Positions 1-9,701 of a stretch of 20,000 nt of DNA are shown here, one piece after another; the first letter of the stretch is position 1; every line of letters begins with the position of its first letter. The translations under genes and the position numbers were made by a program. This DNA is from Mesotaenium endlicherianum. Lineage: Eukaryota. Under the pieces are notes generated by a model. That model searched no databases, was not told where the DNA came from, and saw nothing but the letters and a program-made list of their open reading frames with translations. The DNA is taken from contig WELA01003444.1 in NCBI GenBank assembly GCA_009602735.1, positions 67,343-87,342 of the forward strand, read 5' to 3'.

Positions 1-213
1 GTCAGTTACCCTGTTCATGACTGTAGTGGCTGGTTGAATGTGTAATGAAGCTTCTTGCGGATTCCAGGCAGTGAGATCTTGCGACCATTCTTTGGTGACG
101 TACGAGCGCATATTCTCGATAACTGTTACTCACATTTTTCCTCACGAGATTTGAAGAAGTACTTCTGCTGAGCCAGTTACCACAAACAATCCGCAAGAGG
201 AAGAATGCGCTGA

Positions 214-220
214 TATAAAA
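214..220 (+). promoter_or_regulatory. Candidate TATA box for the AUH-like gene
   Basis: TATAAAA in an AT-rich patch about 40 nt before ATG 257; it would imply a very short 5' UTR. Confidence 0.3.
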
Positions 221-256
221 GTATTTATTTTAAAAAGTGAAGCTGTGCTGTTCAAA

Positions 257-701
257 ATGTCTCTTCTGAAGCAGGCCTTGCGCTTCAGGGTGCCTCTTAA
301 GAGAAACATAATATACTTAGCTCCGTATGACGGGGAACCTGGGTTAGCAGGGGTTCACCAACCAGCTGGTTCTCGCATGTACACAAATTTTGCGACAGGC
401 AATCCAGATGAGGGCATTTACGGGCGCTCCCACAAGCAGGAAAATGTAGCCAAAGATGATGGCCCTAACAATTCGAAATGGAAATTAGCCTCTGCTTTTC
501 TACGGAGGCCAACACTTGGCACATCAGTACCGAAGTCACAAAGCACCCTCCCCGGAGGACACTTGTGCTTCGATTCTGAGGTTGTGACTGGCAGTTACAG
601 GCTGCACTTGAGTGGACAGTCTCGGAGGCGCCACATCACCACCACACCTGACAGTGTGCCAGAGGAGGTCATAGTGGAGCGACTAGGTGGCAACGAAGAA
701 G
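257..701 (+). CDS. AUH: AUH-like exon 1 (transit-peptide-like leader plus start of crotonase domain)
   Basis: ATG at 257 gives [16 protein letters not shown] (basic, no acidic residues). The frame stays open to [15 protein letters not shown], which resembles the start of the plant hydratase domain. Phase-1 donor G|GTACCC at 701/702. The start codon is uncertain. Confidence 0.65.
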
Positions 702-3700
702 GTACCCTCACATCTGTAACACCAATTCGTGCCAACCATACATGAAGCATAATCCGATTGGTCAATTATGATGTATTATATATCAAGTACGCAGAGATGG
801 GCACGGTAATGCACCTCGCTGGTACTTTTTCGGGAAAGCTCAGATCAAGTCTTGTGTCCCTCTTAGTCGGGGGGGCCATATTCACGGGATGGGTGGGGGG
901 GTNACATCCTCCTCTCTGTGCTTTCGTTGGGATGAATATTCCTCTCAATTCTCTGGGGCTCTTGTTCTCATCCCTCAAACTTTGCCTTCCGCTCGCCTTT
1001 TTATCACTCGTGTACTTTTTCACTGTCTCACTCTCCGCCACTTTCCTCACTGTGGACAGTAAGTAGCCTGCCACCTGTCACATTTAATGGATGTCAGTCG
1101 ACAGCTGACTGTACAAGAAAAATCTAGGGGTACGGACCGGGGGGGGGGGGGGNNNNNNNNNNNNNNNNNNNNNNNNNNNNNNNNNNNNNNNNNNNNNNNN
1201 NNNNNNNNNNNNNNNNNNNNNNNNNNNNNNNNNNNNNNNNNNNNNNNNNNNNNNNNNNNNNNNNNNNNNNNNNNNTTTTTTTTTTTTTTTTTTTTTTTTT
1301 TAACTAAGTCTTTGCCGCCCATGATACTCTGGAGTGGAGCGGCTTCAGAGTGACCTGCATTGATGATTTAATTATGATATATAATGCATGACATGACGTA
1401 TGATTTGGCAATGTGCAGTGCGCTCCGATCGCACACCATGTAAGAATATCCCTTCAAGCGCGTGCGCGTGTGTGTGTGTGTCTCTGTGTGTGTGTGTGTG
1501 CACGCGTGTTTGTGTGTTTCTGTTAGTGAGAGTTTGTGACTTCCATGTGGAAGGAAATATTGGAGCCCTATGAGCTGTGCAATGGCACCTGTGAAAAGAC
1601 AATGCATTTTGCAACTTGTCCCTTATATCCGCAGGTTGAAACCTACTCTCTATTGGTTTTCCTCATGTTCTTGTGTTGCTATTTCCCTACCTGCCGATCA
1701 ACTACTCTTCATCGTTATGCTGGGGGTTGAACTGACATCATGCTGATATCGCGCTGACGGTATCAGATGCCCCACCTCCGCTAGCGTGCCTTTCCATCGA
1801 GCCAACAACATGCTGATGTCGCCTACCTTCCCCCCCTCTTCCCCTCCTCTTCTCTCCTCTCCTCTCCTTCTCCCCCCCTTTCCTCCTTCCCTCTATCCTC
1901 TTTCCTCCTCTTCTCCCTCCTCTCCCCCCTGGACTTCTCTTTTCTTTCACCCCTTTTATCTCCTCTTTCATCTCCCCCCCCCCTCCCCCCNNNNNNNNNN
2001 NNNNNNNNNNNNNNNNNNNNNNNNNNNNNNNNNNNNNNNNNNNNNNNNNNNNNNNNNNNNNNNNNNNNNNNNNNNNNNNNNNNNNNNNNNNNNNNNNNNN
2101 NNNNNNNNNNNNNNNNNNNNNNNNNNNNNNNNNNNNNNNNNNNNNNNNNNNNNNNNNNNNNNNNNNNNNNNNNNNNNNNNNNNNNNNNNNNNNNNNNNNN
2201 NNNNNNNNNNNNNNNNNNNNNNNNNNNNNNNNNNNNNNNNNNNNNNNNNNNNNNNNNNNNNNNNNNNNNNNNNNNNNNNNNNNNNNNNNNNNNNNNNNNN
2301 NNNNNNNNNNNNNNNNNNNNNNNNNNNNNNNNNNNNNNNNNNNNNNNNNNNNNNNNNNNNNNNNNNNNAGGCAGGGAAGGAGGGTGAGGGGGGGGGGGTA
2401 GGGAGGGGAGAGGAGGGAGGAGAATTGGGGCGTTGGTTTGCTAGGGCTAGAGCACGGGAGGGCGAGAGGTGTGTGCCTTCGGCAGCACTTGTTAGCTCCC
2501 CGTTTGCCCCCGTCTTCCCTGGCCCTCTTTATTCTGTTTCTGGCCTGTTCTCCTCCTCTCGTCCCTCCTGCTCCTCTTCACCATCATCATCATCATCATC
2601 AGCATCAGCATCAGCATCGGCATCAGCGTCATTGCCTTGTGTGTGTGTGTTTGTGTATTGTGGGTGTGTGGGGCGGGCCCGGGGCGGGGCGGGGCGGGNG
2701 GCCCGGGGCGGGGCGGGGCGGGGGGGAGGTTGTGTGCAGGAGCGGAGCCGAATGACCGCCGCTGAAATCCAACGATACGTCACCACTGTGCGCAGCACCT
2801 TCGCTTCTCTCGAGGTCATTCTCTCTTGCAAGACCTAATTGATCTGAAGAGAAGTCACGTGACGTACTCGTCCAGTGTGAGGGGCCCACGTGTGCTCAAA
2901 ACTTCGTGTCGCTGACACGTCGCCACTGACACGTCACTGCCACCCGGTGCTGCATCTTTTGCATCTCTCGATGTGATTTGGATGGTTTGTGCGATTCGTG
3001 TTTTTTTTTTTGAATTGATCCGTGCAATCCGCATGGTCGCGTAATTCATGAGATTCGTGTGATGCGATCCCCGTGTCAGTGGTGATGCTCAGCATCCGCT
3101 TGGCATGCAGCAGTGTAGTGGGGACCACCCTGACAGCCAGGCAGCTTGCCTACGTGCCGTGTCGCTAACAAGGGCAAAATTCCCTAAATGAGCATGTGAC
3201 ATTTGAAGGCTTTCCGCCCGTACAGTCAGAGACTCTACGCTACGCGATCTGAGGGCGGAGGGTCTGACCTTCCTGGTGGCTGGGGGGCTGTGCTCGGGGG
3301 GTGGGNCGTCTCGCTCTTCCCCTCGCTCCTCGTATCTGTGTGCGTCTCCGCCGCTCCGCTTCTCTCTTTGTTCTCTCGCTTCCCCTCTCTCCCTTTGCCC
3401 TCTCCTTCTGCCTCCATCCTGGCCTCTCAACTTTTTCTATTTCTCCAAGAGCATGCTGTTCCTTCGCATTCAGGATGTACATCGGATTGCAATGTGTGGT
3501 ATGAAAGCGCGCGCGGCGTGCGTCGGTGCACGTGCAACTGTCCACGTGTGCACGTGTGTGTGCGCGTGTTGGTGCGCATGTGCATGTGTGTGCGCGTGTG
3601 CGCGTGCGCATGTATGCATGTGTTTGCATGTGTGCGCGTGCGCATGTCTGCATGCGTTTGCATGCGTGCGTGTGCGTGCTGTGTGTGCGTGCGTGCGCGT

Positions 3701-5998
3701 CCGTCTCTGTTTCTGGGGGGAAGCTGAGGGTGCGGCAATGGTGGTGATTGGGGAGGGGGGGGAGGGCAGGCAGCAACGCACTGCTGGGCCTTCCGGAGAC
3801 CAGCCTCGCTATCATCCCCGGGTATTCAGTCCCCCCTCGCACCCCTCCCTCCCCCTCCCCCTTTTCACCACCGCTCCTCCTCTTCTTCCTCCTCCTCCTC
3901 CTCTGCTCTCTGAACCTCAGCAGAGCCTCGCCCACATCCCTCTATGCGCAAGTCCCCCCCTACCTCCTCCTCCTCCTCCTCCTCCTCCTCCTAGCTTTGT
4001 CTCTCAAATCCCAAATGGCATGTCTAAGGCTGCGCAGCCCTCGAGCAAGCGCCAATGTTACAAAGTACGGGTGTCATTGCAAATAGTTCTTGCTCGGCCC
4101 ACATGCTGAGGGCCCCGGTGCCGTCTTACGCGGCCCCCCTGATAGTGAGGGAGAAGCAAATGAAAGCAGCCAACCGTGCATTGGGAGGGGGAGGATATAT
4201 GAGGAGAACTCTTATGAAGCGCGTGAAAGAGCGTGGCAAAAGGCCCGCTGGGAAGGGGGGAGTGGTTCCGCCAGCCGCTACGCGGAGGCTGCGTGGGCCG
4301 ACACCTGGTGCCTGCAGGGGAACCCCGCGCAGACCAAGGGCTTCTCAACCTCACGGTTTCACGGTCTCACGATGGCCAGTAGTAGCTGCCCAGCGTAATA
4401 CGGCCGGTGCAGAAGCTGCCTCGAGAATGACGAGCAGAATCCTCTTCGGGTGTCGGGGGGCGGCGGGCGGTTGGCGGCGGGGGGTTGGGGGCGGCAGGGC
4501 AGGTGGCACCCAGAGGCTGCCGAGGGCAGTGGGCGGTGCGCGCGCCAAGGAGCTCATCTTCACCGCCCGCCGCATCAGCGCTGACGCAGCGCTGTCCATC
4601 GGTGCGCGCTGGCCGTTGATTTTCTACTCGCCCCCGGCATCTGGGCCCTTTTCCGTCTCCTGTCATTCGTTGTCTCCGTTGTCTCCGTTGTCTCCGTTGT
4701 CTCCGTTGTCTCCATTGTCTCCGTTATCTCCGCTGTCTCCGTAGTCTCAGCTGTCATTTGTTGTCTCCGTTGTCTCCGCTGTCTCCAGTGTCTCCGTTGC
4801 TCCTGTTCTTCTCTGGCCCATTTGCTTGTTCCAACTGATTTTGTTTATTCTGTTTGTTCTGTTCGACCTGTGCCGTCCGCCGCATCTCCTTACTGTCCGC
4901 TGTTCTCTTTGTTACTTGCCACCTGTTGATTCCGTTTGTGAAGTGCACATCAACAAGAGGAGACGTGCAACATGGAAGCCATGGGCACGTGGCATGTGTG
5001 TGGAAGGAGGGGAGGATACGCACGGGGCTCTTATGGCGGAGGTGACTTTTTTGAGGGAATCAGTTCGCAAGGCTCCAATCTGACTCAGCACGTCAAGCGC
5101 TCCAGTGGGGACGCACTTTTTGAGGCTTGCTATCTCCATCCGCCACTTGTCAGCCCGTGATGAGGTTCTTGGGGCCGCAAGGGGCGGCAGGGGTTTTGAT
5201 GCGGGGGCTGGAGAGAGGGAGGGTAGGAAGGGGGACGTTTTATCTATTTTCTTTTTCTTCTCCCTTCTTCTTCTTCATTGAGCTAACTTGTAAAAACCCT
5301 ATCTGTGTGAGACTGACAACTTTTGACCTCTGCACGTGCATGTTGGGTTTGCCGTGCGGTATACATGCGCGGGGCGGGGGCCGGAATGGGCTGTTCGTGT
5401 TGTGTGTGCTTTCTCTTCTCTTCCAGGACTGGTGAACCACAGCGTGCCAGCTGGCGAGGCGCTTGCGAAGGCGCTGTCGGTGGCATGCGAGATCATCCCC
5501 CAGGTACCCTACCCCCGCCAAGTGTCGCTCTCTCTCCCTTTCCCCTTCGTACTGCCGCTTCAAGAGCCCATGAGCGTGACCGTGCATGCACGTGTCCGCA
5601 GCCAGTCAGGCGCACGCGAGGAAGAATTGATGAAGCTCAAACCCAAACCCCCGTCAGCCCCGTGCGCGGCGGCTGCTGGCAAGCACGCTGCTGATGGGGA
5701 GTATTTGACAAGGCGTGTCTGTTGCGGTCGGATGTACGTGCATGCATGCGTGCTGCTGATGGGGGAGCAATCGATCGACGAGGTGGGGCCCGGGGGGGGG
5801 GGGGGTTGTTTGTGCATGCAGGGGCCCGTGGCAATAAAGATGGCAAAGATAGCAATCGAGCGGGGGCTGCAGGCGGACCTGGGCACAGGCATGGCCATAG
5901 AGGAGGCGTGCTACGCGCAGACGCTGCCCACCAGGGACCGCCTCGAGGGGCTCGCGGCGTTTGCCCAGAAGCGCAAGCCCGTGTACACAGGGGAGTAG
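257..5998 (+). CDS. AUH: Enoyl-CoA hydratase/crotonase family protein, methylglutaconyl-CoA hydratase (AUH-like, mitochondrial leucine catabolism). Spliced gene; visible exons 257-701, 2740-2814, 3770-3821, 4498-4601, 5427-5503, 5822-5998; two internal segments missing
   Basis: Joined exons read ...[14 protein letters not shown] / [25 protein letters not shown] / [136 protein letters not shown]. These carry the crotonase motifs GLPETxLAIIPGAGGTQRL and DRLEGLxAFxxKRxPxYxG. The last four exons join in phase through GT-AG introns. Confidence 0.92.
1153..1275. other. Assembly gap flanked by poly-G and poly-T runs
   Basis: N run. Confidence 1.
1458..1520. repeat. (GT)n microsatellite
   Basis: gtgtgtgt tract with a few interruptions. 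Confidence 0.9.
1826..1990. repeat. Homopyrimidine (C/T) low-complexity tract leading into an N-gap
   Basis: Almost only C and T; the far side of the gap (2369-2430) is G/A-rich. Confidence 0.85.
1991..2368. other. Assembly gap
   Basis: N run. Confidence 1.
2582..2727. repeat. Compound microsatellite: (CAT)n/(CAGCAT)n, (GT)n and (GGGGC)n
   Basis: Directly visible upstream of the acceptor at 2739. Confidence 0.9.
2740..2814 (+). CDS. AUH: AUH-like internal exon
   Basis: tgtgcag|GAG...GAG|gtcatt; 75 nt; [25 protein letters not shown], the segment that follows the FCAGADLK motif in this family. Confidence 0.85.
3506..3700. repeat. Alternating purine-pyrimidine (GT/GC/CATG) low-complexity tract
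   Basis: gtgtgcgcgtgcgcatgtatgcatg-type sequence over about 200 bp. Confidence 0.9.
3770..3821 (+). CDS. AUH: AUH-like internal exon
   Basis: gggcag|GC...GG|gtattc; (G)[16 protein letters not shown](G), includes the catalytic Glu of the LPE motif. Confidence 0.9.
3875..3992. repeat. (CCT)n microsatellites
   Basis: cctcctcct runs at about 3875-3902 and 3963-3992. Confidence 0.9.
4498..4601 (+). CDS. AUH: AUH-like internal exon
   Basis: cggcag|G GCA GGT GGC ACC...ATC G|gtgcgc; [34 protein letters not shown](G); phase matches both neighbours. Confidence 0.93.
4670..4805. repeat. 9-bp minisatellite (TTGTCTCCG)n, about 14 units, intronic
   Basis: Directly visible; it produces the spurious SPLSPL and ETTETT ORF translations. 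Confidence 0.95.
5427..5503 (+). CDS. AUH: AUH-like internal exon
   Basis: ctcttccag|GA CTG GTG...CAG|gtaccc; (G)[25 protein letters not shown]. Confidence 0.92.
5822..5998 (+). CDS. AUH: AUH-like terminal exon
   Basis: atgcag|GGG CCC GTG...[15 protein letters not shown]...[20 protein letters not shown]. Confidence 0.94.
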   Translation, partial: GPVAIKMAKIAIERGLQADLGTGMAIEEACYAQTLPTRDRLEGLAAFAQKRKPVYTGE

Positions 5999-8192
5999 AG
6001 TAGAGAGGCCAAGGCACTTGGCCCTTTTTGCCTGTGGCGGGCCGCGGCGCTTGTCCAGAAGCGCAAGCCTGCAGTGCACAGCACACGCGAGAGTACGGAG
6101 GGGCCGGGGCGCTTTGTCTGGTCTAGGTCTAGGGGTTGAAGGTTTTAGGTGCGGCATGTGCACAGGAGCGCGCGCCGGTGTACGCGGGAGACTCGGAAGA
6201 CTGAGGGGCATCTCTGCCAGATTTTGCGGCGCCGTCGAGTGGACCGATCGGGCCTTTGCTGGCAGTCTGGAAGCCCAGAGTAGCAGCGAGTTCGTCAGGG
6301 GGAGGGAGTGAAGGTGCCAGGGCACTTTTCAGTGCGGCATTTGCTTGAAGGCGCAAGCTAGCGGTGCATCGCGGCCGGGGGAGTGATGCCCAGAAGCGCA
6401 AGCCTTCGAGCACGCCCGTGATCGAGTGAAGGGGTCCAAGGAAGGTCCGAGGCACCCCGTGTTGTGCGGTGGTGGCGATATCGTCGGGGGGCCTTTGGCT
6501 GGCTGCGGTCTTGGTTGTGAGCTCATGCAAATCTGGCTGCTCTCCACATGCTGCTTGCTGCTCACATTCCTCAAGATCAAGCTCCTGTGTGACGACTCTC
6601 TCTCGCTTTTATAGGTCTAGCTATGTGGTACTTGTACAGGGGTCTTGTGGATAGGATCATATGTGGTATATTGCGAAGCTACAGTAATATGAGAAGAAAG
6701 TCTACCGACACTACTGAGATTGAGCACCATCATCTGCTTTGGAGATAGTGTTGAGTTAGGTGTGGAGCATTGGATTCACACTTAGTATGCTGGTTTCACA
6801 CAGCATGCTCTTTCCTCGATCATTTGATTTTGTATGTGTGGCAAACTGAGAAAGAGTCCGTATTCTGCATGCAATATTGCCCCAGATAGACAATACGAAC
6901 TCTTTTTAGTTGAAGCTCAGAACGGTAGTCACACCGTGATCATAACCCACACATATGAAGGTCTCAAGAGTGCTAAATTATTGAGGGCTGGCCTTCATAA
7001 TTGCTGGACATCCGCATAACTCTCGCATATTGCCATTCTACTCCCGTAACCTTCAGATCAGTATTCCTAAGCCAGCTCATCTGCAGTTGCAAATGAGCTC
7101 CACATTCCGCACAGATTGCCACTGCTCACGATCAAAGCATGGCCCCACTGTGCCCTTTCTGAAGCAATTCTAGCTATGGGACACTTTGTTGCACATGCAA
7201 GGGTGACACGAGTGTGAAATCAAAACAGTCCGTCACGTCAAGACCGGAACGTGCGGCACGTGTCACCACACCATTGAATGACATGGAGTACAAGCGACCA
7301 CTACTTCTGGCTATCTTCACAACCTAGCACACAGCTTACAGAAGCTGTGAGGCTCTCAGGCCAAACCACCCAGAAAGACGGAAGATGCAGCAAGACGAGC
7401 AAAAGGGCGTAGAGATGCACATGAAGCTTCCCAATATGACTTGTCTCCCAAATAAGGGGCTTTAGTTTTCAGTTCTTCAGTGAGTTACAGATTTGTGATG
7501 TGCCACGCAGAAAGTGGCTCAACTCTGCTGGTCTGGCAGCGGAACAGTTCATAAAAGTGAGTCAATGAGAACCTGAAGTAAGAGGGACATGCATTAGCGC
7601 CCCAGCAGGAGAGGGAGGTTGCAAACAACTACTTTGCTCTCCTTTATACAGCAGCAGCAGATACTGCTCATTAACTCGCAACGAGAGGTGGCTATTGATG
7701 TGCTGTCGCGCTGAATGAATAACGCACCTCACCACATGCTACCTGGCTCCTGAACTAGCTACTTGCGGGATGACTGGAAAGCCCGCCTGTATCCTTCTTA
7801 GAAAGTAGCCACACTTTCCACCTCCTCTTTCCCCCTCAGTGCCATACATCTGTCTAGGAAAACCTAAAGCAACGTGCTCAGGCAGAGGGCCATAGTGACT
7901 TAGGGTAGCTCATCTCACCCAAACTTGGCCCCACTTTGATACCCGGAGGGAGGTTGCGTGCCAAATCATGGTGCACCATCAGACCCCTCCACCAGACCTG
8001 TCAGAGAATGAGCAGATCCAGGAATACCTGTACAATAGCGCCTGTCCGATATATACCGGATAGCGTATACACAGAGCTATGCATACCTTATCAATCGCTT
8101 GTCGTTATCTCTCCCATACCGGAATAAATGAGCATTTCCCCAGGTCCAAGTGATAGGTTTACTCCCAGGTTTCTCCTTTTCTTCATGCCCAC

Positions 8193-8587
8193 TCATTTCC
8201 GTTTGGAGGCACGCTTGCCTTGACCCTTCTTTGGTGGTCCCTTGCCTCGTCGCTTCATTCTTTCTAACTTCAACACACGCCTGCAATTCACACACGGGAA
8301 TAACAAGGATAAATACGCCACAGCAGTTTCCAAACACACGCCATTGGTGCTTCTGAACGTTGACCCTCAAACTTCATAAACCCAAGGTCGGAAAAGGGAG
8401 CTTACTTGGCTTCCGCGGGATCCTCATACATTGGATCAGAATACTCGATTGGGGTGGGATACCACGCTGCTATTTTCTCGCCAATTAGCTTTGAACGAAA
8501 TACTTTGTGGCCTGATCTCAATCCGTTCCCTATGACACTACCGAAAATACGAGCAGATGCCTCAACGACACCTCTGAGATGGGCCAT
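8193..8587 (-). CDS. MRPS33: Mitochondrial small ribosomal subunit protein mS33 (Rsm27/MRPS33 family), 89 aa; exons 8587-8406 and 8280-8193
   Basis: Spliced product MAHLRGVVEASARIFGSVIGNGLRSGHKVFRSKLIGEKIAAWYPTPIEYSDPMYEDPAEAK-RVLKLERMKRRGKGPPKKGQGKRASKRK*. It has the family motifs ARIFG, RSxHKxxRxKLIGxKxAxWYP and KRRGKGPPKKG. The 125-nt intron AA|GTAAG...TTGCAG|G (8405-8281) keeps the frame. Confidence 0.93.
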
Positions 8588-9424
8588 ATTAGATCATACT
8601 AAGAACCCGACCTTCCTATATCGAGGATTACATGCTCACTCTTAAGTACGTGCATTGGTATCCCACGTCTTTCGAAAAAAAACTCTCCAGTTCAGAAATA
8701 ATGCAAACCCCTGAGCCCGAGGTGGCCCGAGGGGTGGAATAATCACCAGCACTGTACGTTTGTGCAACAGCGAGGTGCACGGAAGTGCATGGGGAAAAGT
8801 GCGCGAGACCTCTGACCTATCCCTGACTATTTTTGATGTCCTTCACATCCGAAAATTATGACGCAGTAAAATGTATACTACAATAACCTACAGTTCTATA
8901 CGATCAAATACCGACACCTTGGAAGCTCGTTGGCCGCGAAACCCGCGCGATCACGGACAGACCGTAACAGGTATGTGTCAGCAGCAGTCAGCAGGATCGA
9001 TCGCGTGAAGTCGTCTCAAGCTTCAGCCTGCAACAGCCAATAGAAGTTCGAAGTTCGGGATTGTCAATCTTGCTCCTCGTTTTCACATCCCCTTCGTTCT
9101 CGACTTTTCCGCACGTTTCCGTACGGTTCGGACCCTAGAGAGGGAAGGGTTCTGCAGAGCTGTCTGTACGCGGGGAAGTTCTTAGGCTTATCTTCGTCCT
9201 CAACGGGACAAGGGAGGATAGGCCATCTCTTAGCACAATCTCAGCAAGCTCTTGTATATTTCCTACCTTGCCAAAAATCGAATGCACCCGTGAAGGCCGT
9301 ACATTGAGCAGGTCTTACATTCTTGATGCCTTCAGGGCAGATTGCGGCCATGTTTTGAGGTTTCCTGCAGCCATAGCTGATAATGTGAGCCTGATAAGTT
9401 CGACTGCCTCTGTCAAAAAGCGCC

Positions 9425-9701
9425 ATGGTGTCCAGTATTTCAGTCAATCCTTCAGCGTTTGTGCAGCAGCTCACCAGCACTCAGCTCCGCAGGCCTAAGG
9501 TTCTCAGTCAGAAATCTTCATTCATTACAACAGGCAGTCCTTTTTTGAGATGGCAAAAAATAAGAGTTGCATCGAAGGGCATCTCGTTCAAAAGGGAGTG
9601 TAAGTGGAAAATTACCTCAAGTGCAGGTGGTGCGTACTTGGCTCTATCTGTCCAGAGTGACCTTAAAGAGGATGAAGAAGACTTCAAGTACCGCTCTGAA
9701 G
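9425..9701 (+). CDS. Putative first coding exon of the Rho_N protein (transit-peptide-like)
   Basis: ATG in GCCATGG context; Ser/Thr/Lys/Arg-rich, acid-poor N-terminus; donor GAAG|GTACTT at 9701/9702. Alternative in-phase donors lie at 9626/9627 and 9629/9630. Confidence 0.55.

Noticed and set aside
758..1074. Two antiparallel 102-aa ORFs, one hydrophobic
   Set aside because: They lie in the first AUH intron, contain an N, and the hydrophobicity is explained by a C/T-rich tract.
1276..1340. Poly-T run as a retroelement poly(A) tail
   Set aside because: It abuts a gap; no target-site duplication or element body can be seen.
1786..2838. 350-aa ORF
   Set aside because: It spans an N-gap and microsatellites; only 2740-2814 is a credible exon.
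3061..3168. [11 protein letters not shown]... as the missing AUH exon
   Set aside because: It lacks the GGGxE and CDxR motifs, has no suitable acceptor, and runs into a stop.
3203..4744. Many long overlapping ORFs (174-277 aa) on both strands
   Set aside because: They come from GC-rich low-complexity repeats that lack stop codons; only the embedded AUH exons show family motifs.
8712..8760. GGTGGCCCGAGGGG resembling a tRNA D-arm/A-box
   Set aside because: There is no TTCGA T-arm at the right distance and no cloverleaf.
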